Source: Blasia pusilla (taxonomy: Eukaryota). Taken from it: a stretch of DNA of 64,000 nt. The position numbers and the translations under genes are program-made. The stretch is from assembly GCA_050084515.1 (NCBI GenBank), contig CM114271.1:6820001-6884000 (forward strand). Direction: 5' to 3'. Each line of letters begins with the position of its first letter. Position 1 is the first letter of the stretch. Of the stretch, positions 13,556 through 27,373 are shown piece by piece. The notes beneath the pieces are model-generated. The model had not been told where the DNA came from. It ran no database searches and saw only the letters and a program-made list of their open reading frames with translations.

Positions 13556-15049
13556 ACTCGTAGTTTAACCCACTTTCCAAATACAAGAAGTTGCAAAGTA
13601 CTCAGAAAATTGAGAGTTTTGTACACCCAACCTACTTGCAAAGGAGTGGTGAGGACTCCCAAATTACAAGTGCGTAGTGAGTTTTTTTTTTGTTGCTTTG
13701 TGAGTGCTTTGCAAGTCATGTATGAGTTTAAGAAAATGCCCATTTGGAACTGCCAAAGAAACTTTTTGCACCCACACTTTATAAAGTGTGGGTACAAAAA
13801 TCTACTTTGCAAATGGCTTGCAAGTGCTATGCTCACAAAATTGCTAGCGAAACAGTAACAATTTTTTGAGCATGGCAATGGCTAGTGTTTTGCAAATCAA
13901 CAAATGAGTATGGAGTATAGATAGGACCGGCAACATACTCAAAATTTGCTCATCATGTAGGACAAGCAAATGTTCCTCATTTGTAATAGTGCAAGTGAAT
14001 GGAAGTCATTTTGAAATGTGGATTTAAGATTCATCCTATTTATATGCATTTGCTCCACGAATATAATATAGGAGTACTTGTATCCAATGACGTTCTTCTT
14101 CCGCTTACAAACAAAATCCATGAATAAGATTGCAAAGTATGAAATCACATATTTTACTTAAATAATATAATAAAGTATGATTGAGGTCATACTTTTTTTG
14201 TTGCTTTGTGAGTGCTTTGCAAGTCATGATTGAGGTCATAAATTTTTATGGCCCCAAATATATTGAGATTTTTTAAAAGTTTGTAGTTGTGCCACAACAC
14301 CTATTTGATCGCAATGTGCTCTCACATCTTTAGCTTTACAATGGACTCTAAAAATATAAATTCTTAAAATAGTTTTAGCACTTATTGAGAGGAGGTGGGG
14401 AAAAGGGCCACACACTAGTTTAACCTAGATAGATAAGGTATAAAAAAACCTATAAGATGATCCATTTCTCTCACAAGTACAAAGATGGAAAGTTTATTAC
14501 TCCAAGGGTTGACGAAAGGGAACTCAACATGCAAATATCATTGATAGATGAGATCATACCAAGTAATCCTCAACCATTGTATAAGGATGGTTTCCATATT
14601 TCTTTATAAGACATAAATGGTTGAACAAAAAATCTTGGAAATAAAAGATTGATTCCTTGGAAGCTGAATAACCAATTTGATACTACTCAATGACATATGA
14701 TTAGTCTGCATGTAAACTAAACTTAAAGAGTTGAATAGCCAACACACATCATGGAACAAAATATACTTATACGTATATGAGAGAATATGAATGGATTAGC
14801 TTTAATTTATTGATCTTTAGAAGAGATGAAACTTGTAATTTAAATGAAAGGAGATGAATGATAAATCCACTACCTTGTGTAGTCTCATTAATGATATCTA
14901 GCTTTGTTGTAGTTACAAACTTCAGTACCTTGAATGAAGTCTAATGAATACAACATCTCATACCTTTTCTACATATTTATGAAATCTTTTTTTTGCGATT
15001 TCCAAGTTGATCCTTTAAAACAAATGAATGATTTGAGTATATAAGACTA

Positions 15050-16075
15050 TTTGATCACAAGGAAGTATTTGAGTCTACAAGAGATTGTGATCCTTGTCAA
15101 CATATCAATAAGCCTATAGGGAATGAAAAATGGTCATTGGTTCCAATTATATCTTTAGCTGCATTGGAGAAATGGTAAATAGATTTTATGGGACCTATAC
15201 AACTAGTTACTCGACATTGGAGAAATAGGTATATCTTAATAATTATGGATTATCTTACCAAAATGGTGAAAGACCAACCAATGAAGAAGAATTATGCTAA
15301 GATAGTGGCCGAGTTTCTATTTGAGAGAACAATGATCTATTATGGTTGTCCATTGCGATTAGTTAATGATAGGGGCACTCACTTTGTAAATGATCTAATT
15401 GCGCACCCAACCTCATATTTTAAGATGACACACCGGAAAACTTCTTTGTATCATACAAGAACTAAAAGACTCCCAAAAAGAGCCAACCATATATTTTGTA
15501 AGATCTTGAACAAGGTCACTTCAACTCGTGCCACACAGTGGGATAATATGTTACCTTTAGTCCTTTGGACTTATCGTACTATGGAAAAGATAAAGCCAAA
15601 AAGGACTCCCTAGTATTTAACATATGGAGGAGACCTCATCATGCACGTTGAATTAGAGGTTCACACTCAAAGAGGAGCATATACCACAAGGCTAGAAGAA
15701 TAATATAGTATGGAAAGAAGAGCTTAGAGTTTGATTCAATTAGAAGAAAATATAGAAGAGACTCTCCATCAAACAAGGCGAGTTCAATAGGACTATAAGG
15801 AAAAACATGATAGGAAATTGAGAGACCCCAAGGTCCAACCAAGAGATTTGGTGTTGGTGTATGAGAGCCATTGTCTGAAATTTCCCCATGCCACGGAAGC
15901 CACCAGTTAGATGGATATATATGGGACCTTACAAGGTTAATGGAGTATTTCAAAAATATTCTCTCCATGCCAATATCTAAGTCAGAAAATTATGGGAGAC
16001 CAAAATTAATGGAATCAAAGTGAAAAGATATTATGTTGGTAGCAAAGACGACGTGCAATATAAGGGGAGGGCAAC
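15050..16075 (+). pseudogene. Ty3/Gypsy integrase remnant followed by a PPT-like tract
   Basis: CDPCQ zinc-binding remnant, then IDFMGPI...YILIIMDYLTK...VNDRGTHF...WDNMLPLVLWTYRT. Many stops. AAGGGGAGGG at ~16062. Confidence 0.8.
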
Positions 16076-17216
16076 ATCATGAGAGAACTCTCATTTGGGA
16101 GTTAGAAAGAAGTTATAAGTAGATGTAAAGATTTATTTTTTTTGGTGTGAGGGAGGTGGGGAGATTTGAAGAAGATTTTATCAATAATCTTATTCAAATC
16201 CCCCCACTCCCCTCGCACCAAAAAAATCCTCAAAGATGTGCATTATGAAGAAGAGGAAGTGTGAATAGCTTAGGAAGTACCTTAACAACACAACACTATA
16301 TGTGAGAAGTGGATTATGAAGAGTCATGTTGGGGATTAGGTAGGATTTCTGAAAGATGTCACATAGAAGAAGCTACTGATACTTAGAGCAAGGGGTTAGT
16401 ATTCCATAAGGTAGATACAAGATCACAAGATATGAGAGTGTGTCATGGAAAAATTCATAGAAATGCTTCCTTTCATGGGGAAAAAGTACTATCTCCCATC
16501 AAGAAACTAAACCAAAAAATTGCATCTGTAATTTACCCAAGTTAACAAGAGAGATCCATTACCTCAAGGAATCACATTTAGCCTCTAATAAAACCTAGTA
16601 ACACTGCTTCCACTGAGCATCCTCATCGAGACTATAGTGGAGACATATATGCATAAAAATTCTATCATAAGAACAAGATGTGAGATGATCTTTTGATGTT
16701 ACCAAGTAAATCCTAAGACTTAGCTATCAATGAGAGCTCCATACAATTTCGACCCACTCAGAATTTATAGGGACATATTCCATAGTATATCACATTGACA
16801 ATGGTGATCCTCCACATCCATACTATCATAACAATAAACATATGAAAATAATAAAATTTACCCTATGTTCATTGAAGACAAGATTCGTAACATAACACAC
16901 AAGATGGGAAAATGGAGAATGACCATCAAACATTCAATGATAAAAAAAATTTCACAAAAAATAAATTACATACATTTCCATATGTGCTCCAAGTTGTAAT
17001 CAACTCAATTTATGAACAAAACTTGATCGTGCAGTTAGCGATTCATGCGTTTGGCCTTACCTTACATACATGAAATTTGAGGTCAGCGAGTACTCTCTAC
17101 AATTCTTATATGCATATTCCAAGTGATCATATCAATATCCCACTACCCTATTCTACAAAATTTCCTTAAACTTATGCTAGATGTATAAAAGACCCTTCAG
17201 TGACGCATTTAAAAAA

Positions 17217-17418
17217 TCTATATTATTATGGGAGAGTGCCTCTCCGTTTTGCAACCTCCTCTTCTTTTGACACGTGTCATTTTCAGCCAATGAGACCGCT
17301 CATTTTCTTGACCTATAAGATCGCTCAAAATTGATTTAAAAAATACTCAAGAATTTTGAGAGCTAATTAGTATTTTAGGAGTTGATTTGAACCCGGGCAT
17401 GGCACGGACCTATACTAT
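17217..17418 (+). mobile_element. Non-autonomous Helitron (related subfamily)
   Basis: Starts A|TCTATATTATTATGGGAGAGTGCC. Degenerate 3' hairpin CCGGGCATGGCACGG followed by CTAT. Confidence 0.55.
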
Positions 17419-17521
17419 CTTGACACATGTCCTTTCTAACCAATAAGATCATATGATGTTTAAGACAAAAGAATTATTCAAATTCTGTTGTACATTATGA
17501 ATGGTAAATCAAAATTATACA

Positions 17522-17755
17522 TCTATATTATTATTGGAGAGTGCCTTCTTGATTTGCAAACACCTTTGTTTGACACATAGCATCCGAGCAGCAAGAAAAT
17601 GTTTCACATGGTACGGGCAGCAAGAAAATATTTCACATGGTACTGGCAACAAGAATTGTTTTTTGAATTTGTATATAGCATTGTTATCACGGGCACTAGC
17701 AAAAGTTCCTCCATCAATTTTTTATTTCCCGTGTATCGCACGGGCACCTTACTAG
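17522..17755 (+). mobile_element. Non-autonomous Helitron
   Basis: A|TC 5' end, subterminal hairpin CCCGTGTATCGCACGGG, 3' CTAG|T, no TSD. Family copies at 45969, 46167 and ~63320. Confidence 0.85.
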
Positions 17756-19682
17756 TATGAAGTTATGCAAAGACATCATGAGCAATATACTCACTCCTCT
17801 TAATAATCTTCTCAATTTGCCTCAAACTTGCTTGAGAAATCATTGGAATGATTGGAAATGAACTAAGGGCCCTAAATTTTCTGGTGGCTAGACAAGACTC
17901 TCTCCCTTATATATAGTTTTAGAGATCTCCACTCCCTCCCTATCTTTGGGAAAGTCCTCTTGAGTTGTTGCTTGTGGCCCTCAACCTAACTATCATTCTG
18001 ATAGTTTAGGGGTGGTTTCTCAATCTCTATTCATGTGTTTTTCTAGATATTTAGTACATTGGAATTATCTTCTCTTAAGCTTTTCAACGCCACCTTAGTC
18101 ATTCCAAATGCATCTTAGGTCTAGTAGTTATGACCTCAAATGTGGAGAATCCCCAAACGCTTAGTCAAGTTTCAAGTCCCTTGGCGCCCAACTCTTGTGG
18201 GACTTGAGCTCCTCTCAAGTCAAGTTTAGCATTTAGTCTTGTTCTACTAGATCACAACTATCATCACTTGAGACGCCCAATAAGGCTCGCGTCTCACTCA
18301 CAACTCATGTCTCATTATAGAGACTCTAATGCGCTTTCATCCTTTTGTGAGCCCACTAGAGTTCTGATGTTTTGCATTGTCATACGTTTGGCTATGAGGG
18401 TTGCAACTTTCACCCCTCCTTAGAGATTGATGCTTTCGTTAAAGCAAACCTTTTCATGTGAAGTGTTTTGAGAAACCAACCCCTTGATATTGAATTGCCT
18501 TCCGCTAGCTAACCCGCAATTTATGTTTTGGTTGAAGTCTTACATTGTCGTATGCACCACTTAGAAATATTTAGCTTCTCGTCTTAGGTAAACCTATATT
18601 AGCTTCCTCAGACTAATCTAAGTTATCATAATAACCTAACCAGCCAAGTCTGCTACTTAAGATTTCATTTGCTCACAACATGTAAAGATCCCATCTGTTT
18701 ATAAGATCCCCAAGGTGTATTACTTTTGGATCACTATTGAATTTGACTTAGGTGCATTAGTAAGTTTACTCATGACATCACAAGTCATATCATCCCAAGC
18801 CCTAAGACAGATTGATATGCCTCCCTAACGTTGGGGCGAGCCCAAGTGTTAGTTCCCCAACACTTAGTCTTGTTCTAAGAGCTTATCCTAATCCAATCGC
18901 TCTCCTCAAAGGTGTCTTGCATCTCGTCTTGATGTACATTCTAAGCACATGAGAAACTACTCTTTGCCATGAACTACCACAAAAAATTGCAATCTTCCAC
19001 TTATTCATCGAATCTCCAAATCCATACATCACTTTATTGCCAAAACTAGCACATTCTAGTGACAATGACTTTGAGCTATCCAAGCTCAAATAGTCAAAAG
19101 TTATGTCCTTAGTCTCCATATACTAACGCATGTGCTTTCCTTGCATCCCTTTGAAGTCTTTTAACACCTCTTGAGCATGTTCCAAATTGACTTCTGCAAT
19201 CCAAGTTGCCTCCTTCATTTGGTATCCCCTCCACTTGACCAAATACTCACATTTGTTGGCCCGACGTCTCGGACGCAAGATGATCTCACTTCAAACTCCA
19301 ATTCATCCTGGATGATTACCGATTGGGTTCTCATCAAGATTGCACACAAAAAAAATTCAATGTCTATGGACTTATGTCCATTCTTAGGACTAGCATGTTT
19401 GTGTTGGTTCAAGTACCCGCAGCCCGCCCTAATCGTAGCGTAGACTTGAGCTTGGCCAACCCGTACTCAATCTAAGAGCCCATCACCCATTTTTAAGCCC
19501 GTATTGGCTCGCCCTCAGCCCAAATTGGCTTGTTGTGGGCCAATGCGGGCTTAGGACGGGTCGGTGCGGGCTAGGTGCAGGCCAATTTTTTCCGGCCTCC
19601 CGCGATTTTAGCTTGCATCCGTTCTCATGTACCAAACTTGCGCAAGCCATTTGGGTACCAAAAAAACCCAAGCGGGGGATTT

Positions 19683-19973
19683 GTTGGGCATGTTTTTGTG
19701 GGACAGACATGTCTATAACCGTGCAACCATGTTCCCTAGGATGGGCGTAAGTCCAAAAACATGAACATGTCTGCGGACACACACATTGTCCACATGAAAG
19801 ATTGCCAAGGATACATGATGGATTCGTTGGGCATGTTATCCTGGGACGGACATGTCCATATCCGTGCAACCATGTTCCCTAGGATGGGCGTTAGTCCATA
19901 AACATGAATATGTCCGCGGACACACACATTGTCCACATGAAAGCTTGCCAAGGACACATGATGGATTCATTGG
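19683..19973. repeat. Tandem duplication, ~143-bp unit x2, within an LTR-like TE fragment
   Basis: GTTGGGCATGTT...CCGTGCAACCATGTTCCCTAGGATGGGCGT...GATGGATTC repeated at 19683 and 19826. Confidence 0.85.
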
Positions 19974-20849
19974 ATTGAGAGGTTGGCTTCGGGATGTGGA
20001 CACTAAGCCAAGTCCAAAGGGATTAATTATGAATATCAACCTTGGGCCTTGACCCGTGACTTAGATATTGGGTCTCGTTTGAAAGACTCGTTTGAGGTCC
20101 ATTGGGCAGTTTGAACCACCTGGCGTGTTGACGTAACTTTAGATTCCTAGATTGTTAAAGAAGTATATCCCAAGTCTTGAAGGACTTCCTTGTGTCGGGG
20201 AGTGAGGGGTTAGGTCGGTATCTAATCCCGTTGAGATTTGTTGAGCTTGAAGGATAACCCGAGTCTAAGACTTGGGAGAGGTAAGATTGCTAGATCCAAA
20301 TAGTAGCTAATGTGGGTGTGTTTGGATGCAGATCAATAAGGAGAGCATGAACTACTAAGCGTAACCTTACAAAACATGAGACTAACATTCCAAAGGTGTA
20401 AGCGCATGAAAAAAGTGAAACATCTTTCAACTAAAGTTTCCATCAACCTAGAGGAGGAGTACTTGTCCTATTCCTCTCCCAAGGTAGTGTCACCAAGTTC
20501 CCATCTTTGCACCCCCTTGAGTTATGTTATTCCTATTCAAAGGGATGCAAATGTAGAGACTTCCCTCTAAGTTTATATGAAGGTCCTTTTGTTCAAAACT
20601 ACGGTGTCTCTATGAGAGGAACACGTTGAAATCTCAAGCGTTGGCACATATTGAGAACCAATATAGGAAGGCGACCAACATGTAGGGGTAGGACAAATGG
20701 AGAAAGGAGGGTTTGCAAAAATTACTAAACCATGACTAGGGTTTTGGGGCCTTAAAATGTTTGATTAGTATAGGAGAATGTGTGAACACATTAAGTACTT
20801 ATTTTATGCCGATAACTCTTGTGCACTTCAATAATGTCCTATGACCATA

Positions 20850-21480
20850 GTTGTTGCATTAAGAAACATCCCAATAGTTTGGCCCACAACTCAAGGAACA
20901 AATTTTACCCAATAAGAGGTTGATATTCTAACTACGGTAGGATTTAGATTGTCTTATGGTAAAGATGACCAAAATCTCCATGTACATGTGACGCAAAGCT
21001 TTGCTTTTCACATCAAACCAAAGATCGACATTGACATGTATTTTGATAAGGTGGATGCATTACATTCAAAGTATGTGCAAACATCTCGTAGTAGAGTGAA
21101 GAAGAATAGGACTTTAAAGTCCACTATGAAACATGCAAGACAAATTGCATTGGCAAAGGGTTCCAACATGGAGGTTGTGGTATCAAGGGATATATTGAGA
21201 GGCAATGGAATGGACAAATTATAGTGGGTAAGATAGAGTACTTGTAATTCTAGCATAACTCGAACTTATGTTGTTCAAGTATATTTCTTTCTCTCTTTCT
21301 TGTTCATGCAATGACTTCGTCAAGCATGAGACAACCCAAAGCAAATACTTTCCATGCAAGCAAGTGTACTTTGTTATGCTTCGAATTCTCAATGAATCAT
21401 AATAGGGGATAGGAATCTCTATAAGCCAATTATTCCCTTTGGAGAACATAGAAGTATTCTCAACAAGTGAGCAACTCCTT
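20850..21480 (+). pseudogene. Decayed TE ORF with SWIM-type zinc finger
   Basis: SCSCNDFVKHETTQSKYFPCKQVYFVMLRIL at ~21298-21390 (CxC...CxH with H>Q). The upstream peptide (SYGKD...DALHSKY) resembles the minus-strand ORF at 31309-31542 (PYGRD...VALHSKY). Confidence 0.55.
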
Positions 21481-23208
21481 TTTTAAAGGACTGTAACTTG
21501 TAGTGATCTTCAATATTTCATACACTGCACGCTCAATTTCGACATTAGTCTTCTTATTACAAATATCACATGGAAAATAGGATTCATCTTAAGATAGCTT
21601 TGTATCGGGCTACAAAATTTCTCAAAACCCTCTTGATATTTTCCTTTATTTTCACGCCATATTTTTAAAATAAATTGCAATTTACAATGCCCCTCTTGTT
21701 CCATTCTTGATTTAGACTCTTTTCTCTATGATACCAAATTCAAATTTTGTGGTTACATGTATGACAAACCCATCAATATGCCTTAAGATTACTTGTGAAG
21801 ATGGGTTTCACTCTATCTTGACTTGTAAAATATGTAGAGCGGCTCAATTCCATCATGTACCCATCCTTCCATACTAAAAATTTTATGGTTGTGTACTATC
21901 AAAACAACAAGTAGATATGGGACAGGAGCTTGGGTATGAAAATTTATGTAGTGTACTTAATCCAACATAACTCCGAAAGATAGAATTGCCAATACGTGCT
22001 GGATTCTCTTCGGAACTTCACGAATTGCATAATCTATGATATATGCACCACAAATTGTCGCATTGCAAGATAAAGTGTGAAATCATCGTGTGTCAATTCG
22101 GATGTGTCTCACATCAATTCTTACGAGGTTTTCTTTTCTGATCAATTTTCACTTGCTAAAATCATTGCCAGAAGTTTCAGTTTGATGTTTTACTATTAAC
22201 GTTTGTCCTAACAAGGTCATAAAACTTCTTTTAAGTGGAGGGCCTACTCATAACAAGGGTGGTTTATTGACTACCTTGAACACTCGGCAGAAGTGGTCTA
22301 ACAGAATATCTTGAATGGAGCGTCATGCAGAGAAATGAGTACTCACAAATGTGGAATCAACCAAGAGCCGTCCTTTCGTCCGTCGCAGAATGATGATATA
22401 AAATATCATCTCTGTTATCCAATCTTCGAAAGATATGCTGAAATCCAACTATAACAGTTTCATGCAATTTCGAGTCAAGCAAGCGAAGCTGGCTTTTCAC
22501 ATGATCCAAGTTTCTGGTGTAAACCAACCAGTGAAACTCATTCGTCTAGTAAATGCAAAATATCATTTGTGTACTCTGCTGCTCTGCATCGCTTTTGGTT
22601 TATGGGTGTATGGCATACCTCAATGAAACATGTCCAGACCTGAGATGCTGGAGAATCATGGAGACATGACATTAGGTTCGTGGGATGAAGGTAGTTCCAA
22701 GATAATAGTATGAAATTCGAGAGGTAACAAAGGGCTTCAGGGTCAGACATTCCACCTTTAAACGATTGCGTGAGTTAACATTCCAGGTGGTCACACCAAA
22801 CTATGAAGAAGAGCCACCACAACAGGTTTGAGAAATTATTTGGTTTGAAGTGCCTCCAAAGATTAGAGGTTGTATTTACATTGAGACATTGTGTTGCAAA
22901 ATTTTTATTGGTCCCACTTGACCCTAGCATCTCTACTTTCCAAGAACAAGCAAAGGCTTCAAGCTTGTTTCCGGGAAGTTAAAGACACTTCAAGTCTCCT
23001 TTCTTTCCCTAGACAAACTACCTGCAACACAATTCCTGTATAAAACCGCTCCCTGCAAGCTGAAAACTGACATACTTGCTTTAGGGCACATTGAGAGATG
23101 AGAACCTTGGGACAATACAAGGTTAAAAGGCCCAAACAATTCCAAGAGTTCAGCCTCTAATTTGAGTGAATATCTGAGACCACTGTATAAGTTCCTGAAG
23201 CCTCTCAT

Positions 23209-26168
23209 TTATACACTCGGCTTCTTTCCTATGTCTGGGATTGACACCTGCCAAACCCCACTCGATATTTTAGTCAATGAGCAAGGGGACGCCTCATGTA
23301 GTCGAGGCAGCTTCTCCATCGCCGTTTCTCCCTCACTGTGAAGCTAACACAAACAAACATAACCAACATAAACTGTAAGCAGCATTACACACTGAAATGT
23401 CTGCAGCAGATCTGACTTGAAATGAACACTGCCATCAGACCCCCCAGTGGCAGTAAAAAGAGCGATTGCCTGGTTATGTCTTTGGAAGTTGATCTTTTGC
23501 CACACTTCATTTCACAACCTTAAGATTTTTGAGAATACGACAGCAGAAAACATACATACAGGCTTCTGAGCAGAGAGAGAATAGCAAAGCAACCTTGTCA
23601 ACAGCCTCGTAAAAATGAATCGAAGCAGATGCTGACCCCTCTTCATGCGAAGGCATCTGTTTCCAAGCATCCACCACCCCTTGTGAAGCACTGCATGATC
23701 CCTGTCCAGTGATCCCAACTAATCAGTCATGCTGCAATTCAGGATTTCCACTGCACCTCCTCCAAAATTCATACAAAAGCAGCACCAGAGCTCCCAGCAC
23801 AAGCCTAAGATGAATAAATTCATGATTTACTCTCGTGTAGTGCAGGGTAAGTTAGTGTGATGTTGAAGTAATACAGTTGAGATTACCCAGAACCAGTTAC
23901 CTGAGCCACAATGCTGTAAGCTGAAGACTGCAGCACTCCGTAGTCTGCCAATTGCTTCACTGATTCTGTAATCATGAGAATGCAGATTCAATCTCCAGGA
24001 AAATGAAAGCTCCGTATATTGCACCTCTCCACGCAATGATTGGGTTCAAACAAGCAACTCTCTGCAGAACCAACCTACTTGCGAATGAAAATGTTGGATC
24101 TTCCAGAGGGCACCGAAAAAAGTTTATACATACTTAAAAAAGTCGCTCGCAATTGAGGATCAGTTCGACAACCTTCCATGACTTTTTGCATCAAAAAATT
24201 TCGCTGCTCCTCACTGATAACTAAACGTTTTTTTTCCTGCTTCTGCCCATCATTAGCATCTACTTCCTGCATCGTACATTCACAAGTAAGAAATGGCAAC
24301 TAGAGCTCAGAAACACCTACCAGCATCTTTGGATTGAGAGAAATGAAAAAGGGAGAAAGCATCAGGTCTCAAAAGCTAAGCAGCCTCGGTATGAACTTGT
24401 GGGACGACAATCCAGTCAAGGTGACTCACCACCTGAACTTATTAAGAAATTAATTACACCAAAGCAATAAAGGCACCACATGTGTGACCTTCATCCTTCC
24501 AATCAGAGCATATTGCTTCCACTTGCAAGACTGTAAAACTAAAGAAACTATAGAACCTCACAAACATCGCCTCTGCATGGGTTAGTGCAAACATTCTAAT
24601 GGGGATTCTGGACTTGACTCTACATATCTACTCCACGTCCTCCACGGGCCACCAGCGTTGCTGTAAAGATTGCACACACGGGCTTCACTACACCTAATCC
24701 CAACACATTGCCGCACACAGTCATAGGGACTGTTTCCAGTGTTGTCAAGACAAAGCAAGCAAGCAAACAAACAAGTCACAAAAAAGTGAACTAAGCAAAA
24801 GGTGAACAAAACCTGAAGCAGATGTGATTGAAGCCCCCAAGTCTGGATCTTCTTGCTCACTCCATTTTGAAGCATTTTCAGTCTTCTCTTTGTCTGACTC
24901 CGTGATTGCTCTGGACGCACTATTGTTCCACTGTCCTGTCGCGGCACTCCATGCAGCGGCGGTTTGCCCGCAGCCACTCCATTCTCCTGCGTGGGCAGTG
25001 GAATGACGAGTCCGGGTCTTGCGTCAGCTCCATCTTGTGTGCTGTATGGGGGGATAAGCCAGGGCACGGGAGGCCGGCTCGAGGGTGAGGCAGGCGCCGG
25101 AGCAGGGGGAATGTGTTGATTAAACGGGAACTGACGGACGATGAGAGGAGAGGTGCAGTTGGCAGGAGCAGAACCAGAACCCGAAGCTGGAACTGGAACT
25201 GGAACTGGAACTGGAACTGGAGCTGGAGTAGGAGTAGGAGTGCGTTGAATCGGTGTAAACGGTGGTCTGTAGAGAAGCCCATTTGACAGAGCTGGATTAA
25301 TACCAGGGCCACGAGAGAAGCCTCTCAGGGCTTTCCGAGCGAGCGCGCAGGGAGGGAGAGGCGGCTTGCTTCCTGGCGGACGAGGAGGGCGGGGAGGTTT
25401 GGCTGCTGGGTGGAAAGGTCTCTTCACAGTTGGAGCAGAAGTGGCGGAAGGAGGAGTCGAAACTACGGGTTCGCTCCGCTGTACCGCAGGAGAAAGAGAG
25501 TCCTGCTCGACACGCTCTGTGGATGGCAAAGGTTGCGCAACAATGGTGCTTGAAACAGGCACCACTTGAATGGGCGCATCTGAAGCCACTCGTGTAGGCC
25601 ACTGATGAACAACACTACGGACATTGCCAGGGGCGGGAGGACTGTTTGATAGGCTCGTAGGCTGCTCAGGCAGATCGACTGTCCTAGAGGCTGGAGGGAG
25701 AGACACCAGCACGGGAAGCAACTGAGTAGCATCCACCGCAGCGGTAGATGGGCTCAGGGAGGTACTTGGCAGCAGGCGGAAGGGGTGATAGGTTGGGAAC
25801 AAATCTGCTGAAGTTTGAGGTAGTGGCTGCAAGCCATTGGGCGGCGCTTGAGGAATCTGGGCAAAAGGGGGTAAAGAGGGAAGTCGTTGCACGAGAGGCT
25901 TGGGCACCAGAGTGCGAAATTTTACAGGTGGCTGACGGACGCGGAGGGATTTTCTCGGTGCGGATGGCCTCGGCATCCCAGAAGAATTATCGCAGCTGGA
26001 AACACTTACAGCCGGAATTGCAGGCTTGCCCCTAGCTCTTGATTTCCACTTCACCTTGGTCACGAGGCTCCCTGACCCTTCAACGCTCTCGTTCTCAAGT
26101 GCTCGCTCGACAGGAATCCTATCGCCGGTTGAGTCGGCATTAGACGGACAATCGTCTTCTGCGTCCAT
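23209..26168 (-). CDS. Uncharacterised Pro/Ser-rich protein (~556 aa); predicted exons 24813-26168, 24079-24266, 23209-23335
   Basis: 452-codon GC-rich first exon, CAG|GT donor at 24812, in-phase TGCAG|GAA acceptor at 24267, and a phase-2 AA|GTAGGT donor to CACAG|T with a 41-codon open last exon. An alternative stop lies at 24075 if intron 2 is retained. No recognisable domain. Confidence 0.7.
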
Positions 26169-27373
26169 AGCTGAATTCTCGGTCCCTTTGATAGTTTGTC
26201 ACACTATTCCCTATCTTCCCGGTTGTTAAAACTCCTCGGCCAGGGTTCGGCACTCAGTCCTCAACTCCTCGCAGCTCCCCAATTCCAGAAGATGAATGCC
26301 TCGTCTCTGCCTCCGAATACCTCAGCCGCTCTCCTCTTGCGAAAAACTCAATGACTGCAGTAGGCTGTTTGCATCAGAGTCGCTTTCCTCTTCGGTAAAT
26401 TCCATGCCCAGCTTCTCTCTCTTCCCCTCTTGCACAAATAATATTTCCCACTCTCTACATACACAGCAGAAGCACAAACAGCACCCCCACCATCACAGAA
26501 TTTTCTGAGCTCCTACATTCATTCACCCTATGAATGAATGCAATTGCTCCTCACCATCACACCAACCCTAGCTCCACTCCAATCCTCCTCTTCCTACCTC
26601 CTCGTTCAAATCCCGCAGTCTTCCGCCTTCGCCGACATCTGTCACCGCAAGCTGCAATACTACCAACCGCAAAACCATTCAAAGCAAAAATATTCACACG
26701 CCTGATCCGTGGCGCTTCGATTCGCAACTCCTCCGCTATCCCTCACCTCCCAAGCCCCATCTCTGTGTAGTCGCCCCGACCCAACGCTCCTCTCTCCGAA
26801 CCTCGAAACCGCAAATCGCATGTCCGAGCCAAACTCAATCCCAGGTCCGCCGACCGACCTCCCACCCCGTCAAACCACCACCAACCGCTGGTCCTCTCCT
26901 CCTTCCAGTCGAACGCACTTCATCCCATTCAATTCTGCCCTCCATTCCGCGACCTCGACACCCTCACCTCCCCTCATATATCCAACGAACGATCCAGTGC
27001 ACACAATTTTCCTTGACAAATTCGGCATGAGACTCCTACCGCCACACTCCTTCGAAGCACTCGTCCCTCTCCCTCTCTTCCTGGTGGGGATTTCACATCT
27101 GCGGTGCTGGCACGCTTGAGATTGCGTGGCGTGCTCTCCAAAGCGCACCACCTACACGTGGCTGAACTTTCGAGCTGGCTCTCGCCACCTGTCCGTCTCC
27201 GCGGGCCATATGGGCCGCGTGCATACCCAACGATCGCGAATGGAAGTGAAGGTACATTCGTGGCACGCTCATTCACTCCGCCTTCACTCGATCCATCGCA
27301 TCCACACCGCAGGTGGGAAATTCCCGAAAATTGAATTTCTTAGATTTACTTCCATTTCCGAAATAGTCACGTA

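Noticed and set aside
22389-22441. Box C/D snoRNA (ATGATGA...CTGA)
   Set aside because: Too short, no terminal stem and no recognisable rRNA guide.
24582-24812. Hydrophobic, Cys-rich C-terminus of the 528-aa ORF
   Set aside because: It follows a good CAG|GT donor and has intron-like composition; an in-phase downstream exon exists.
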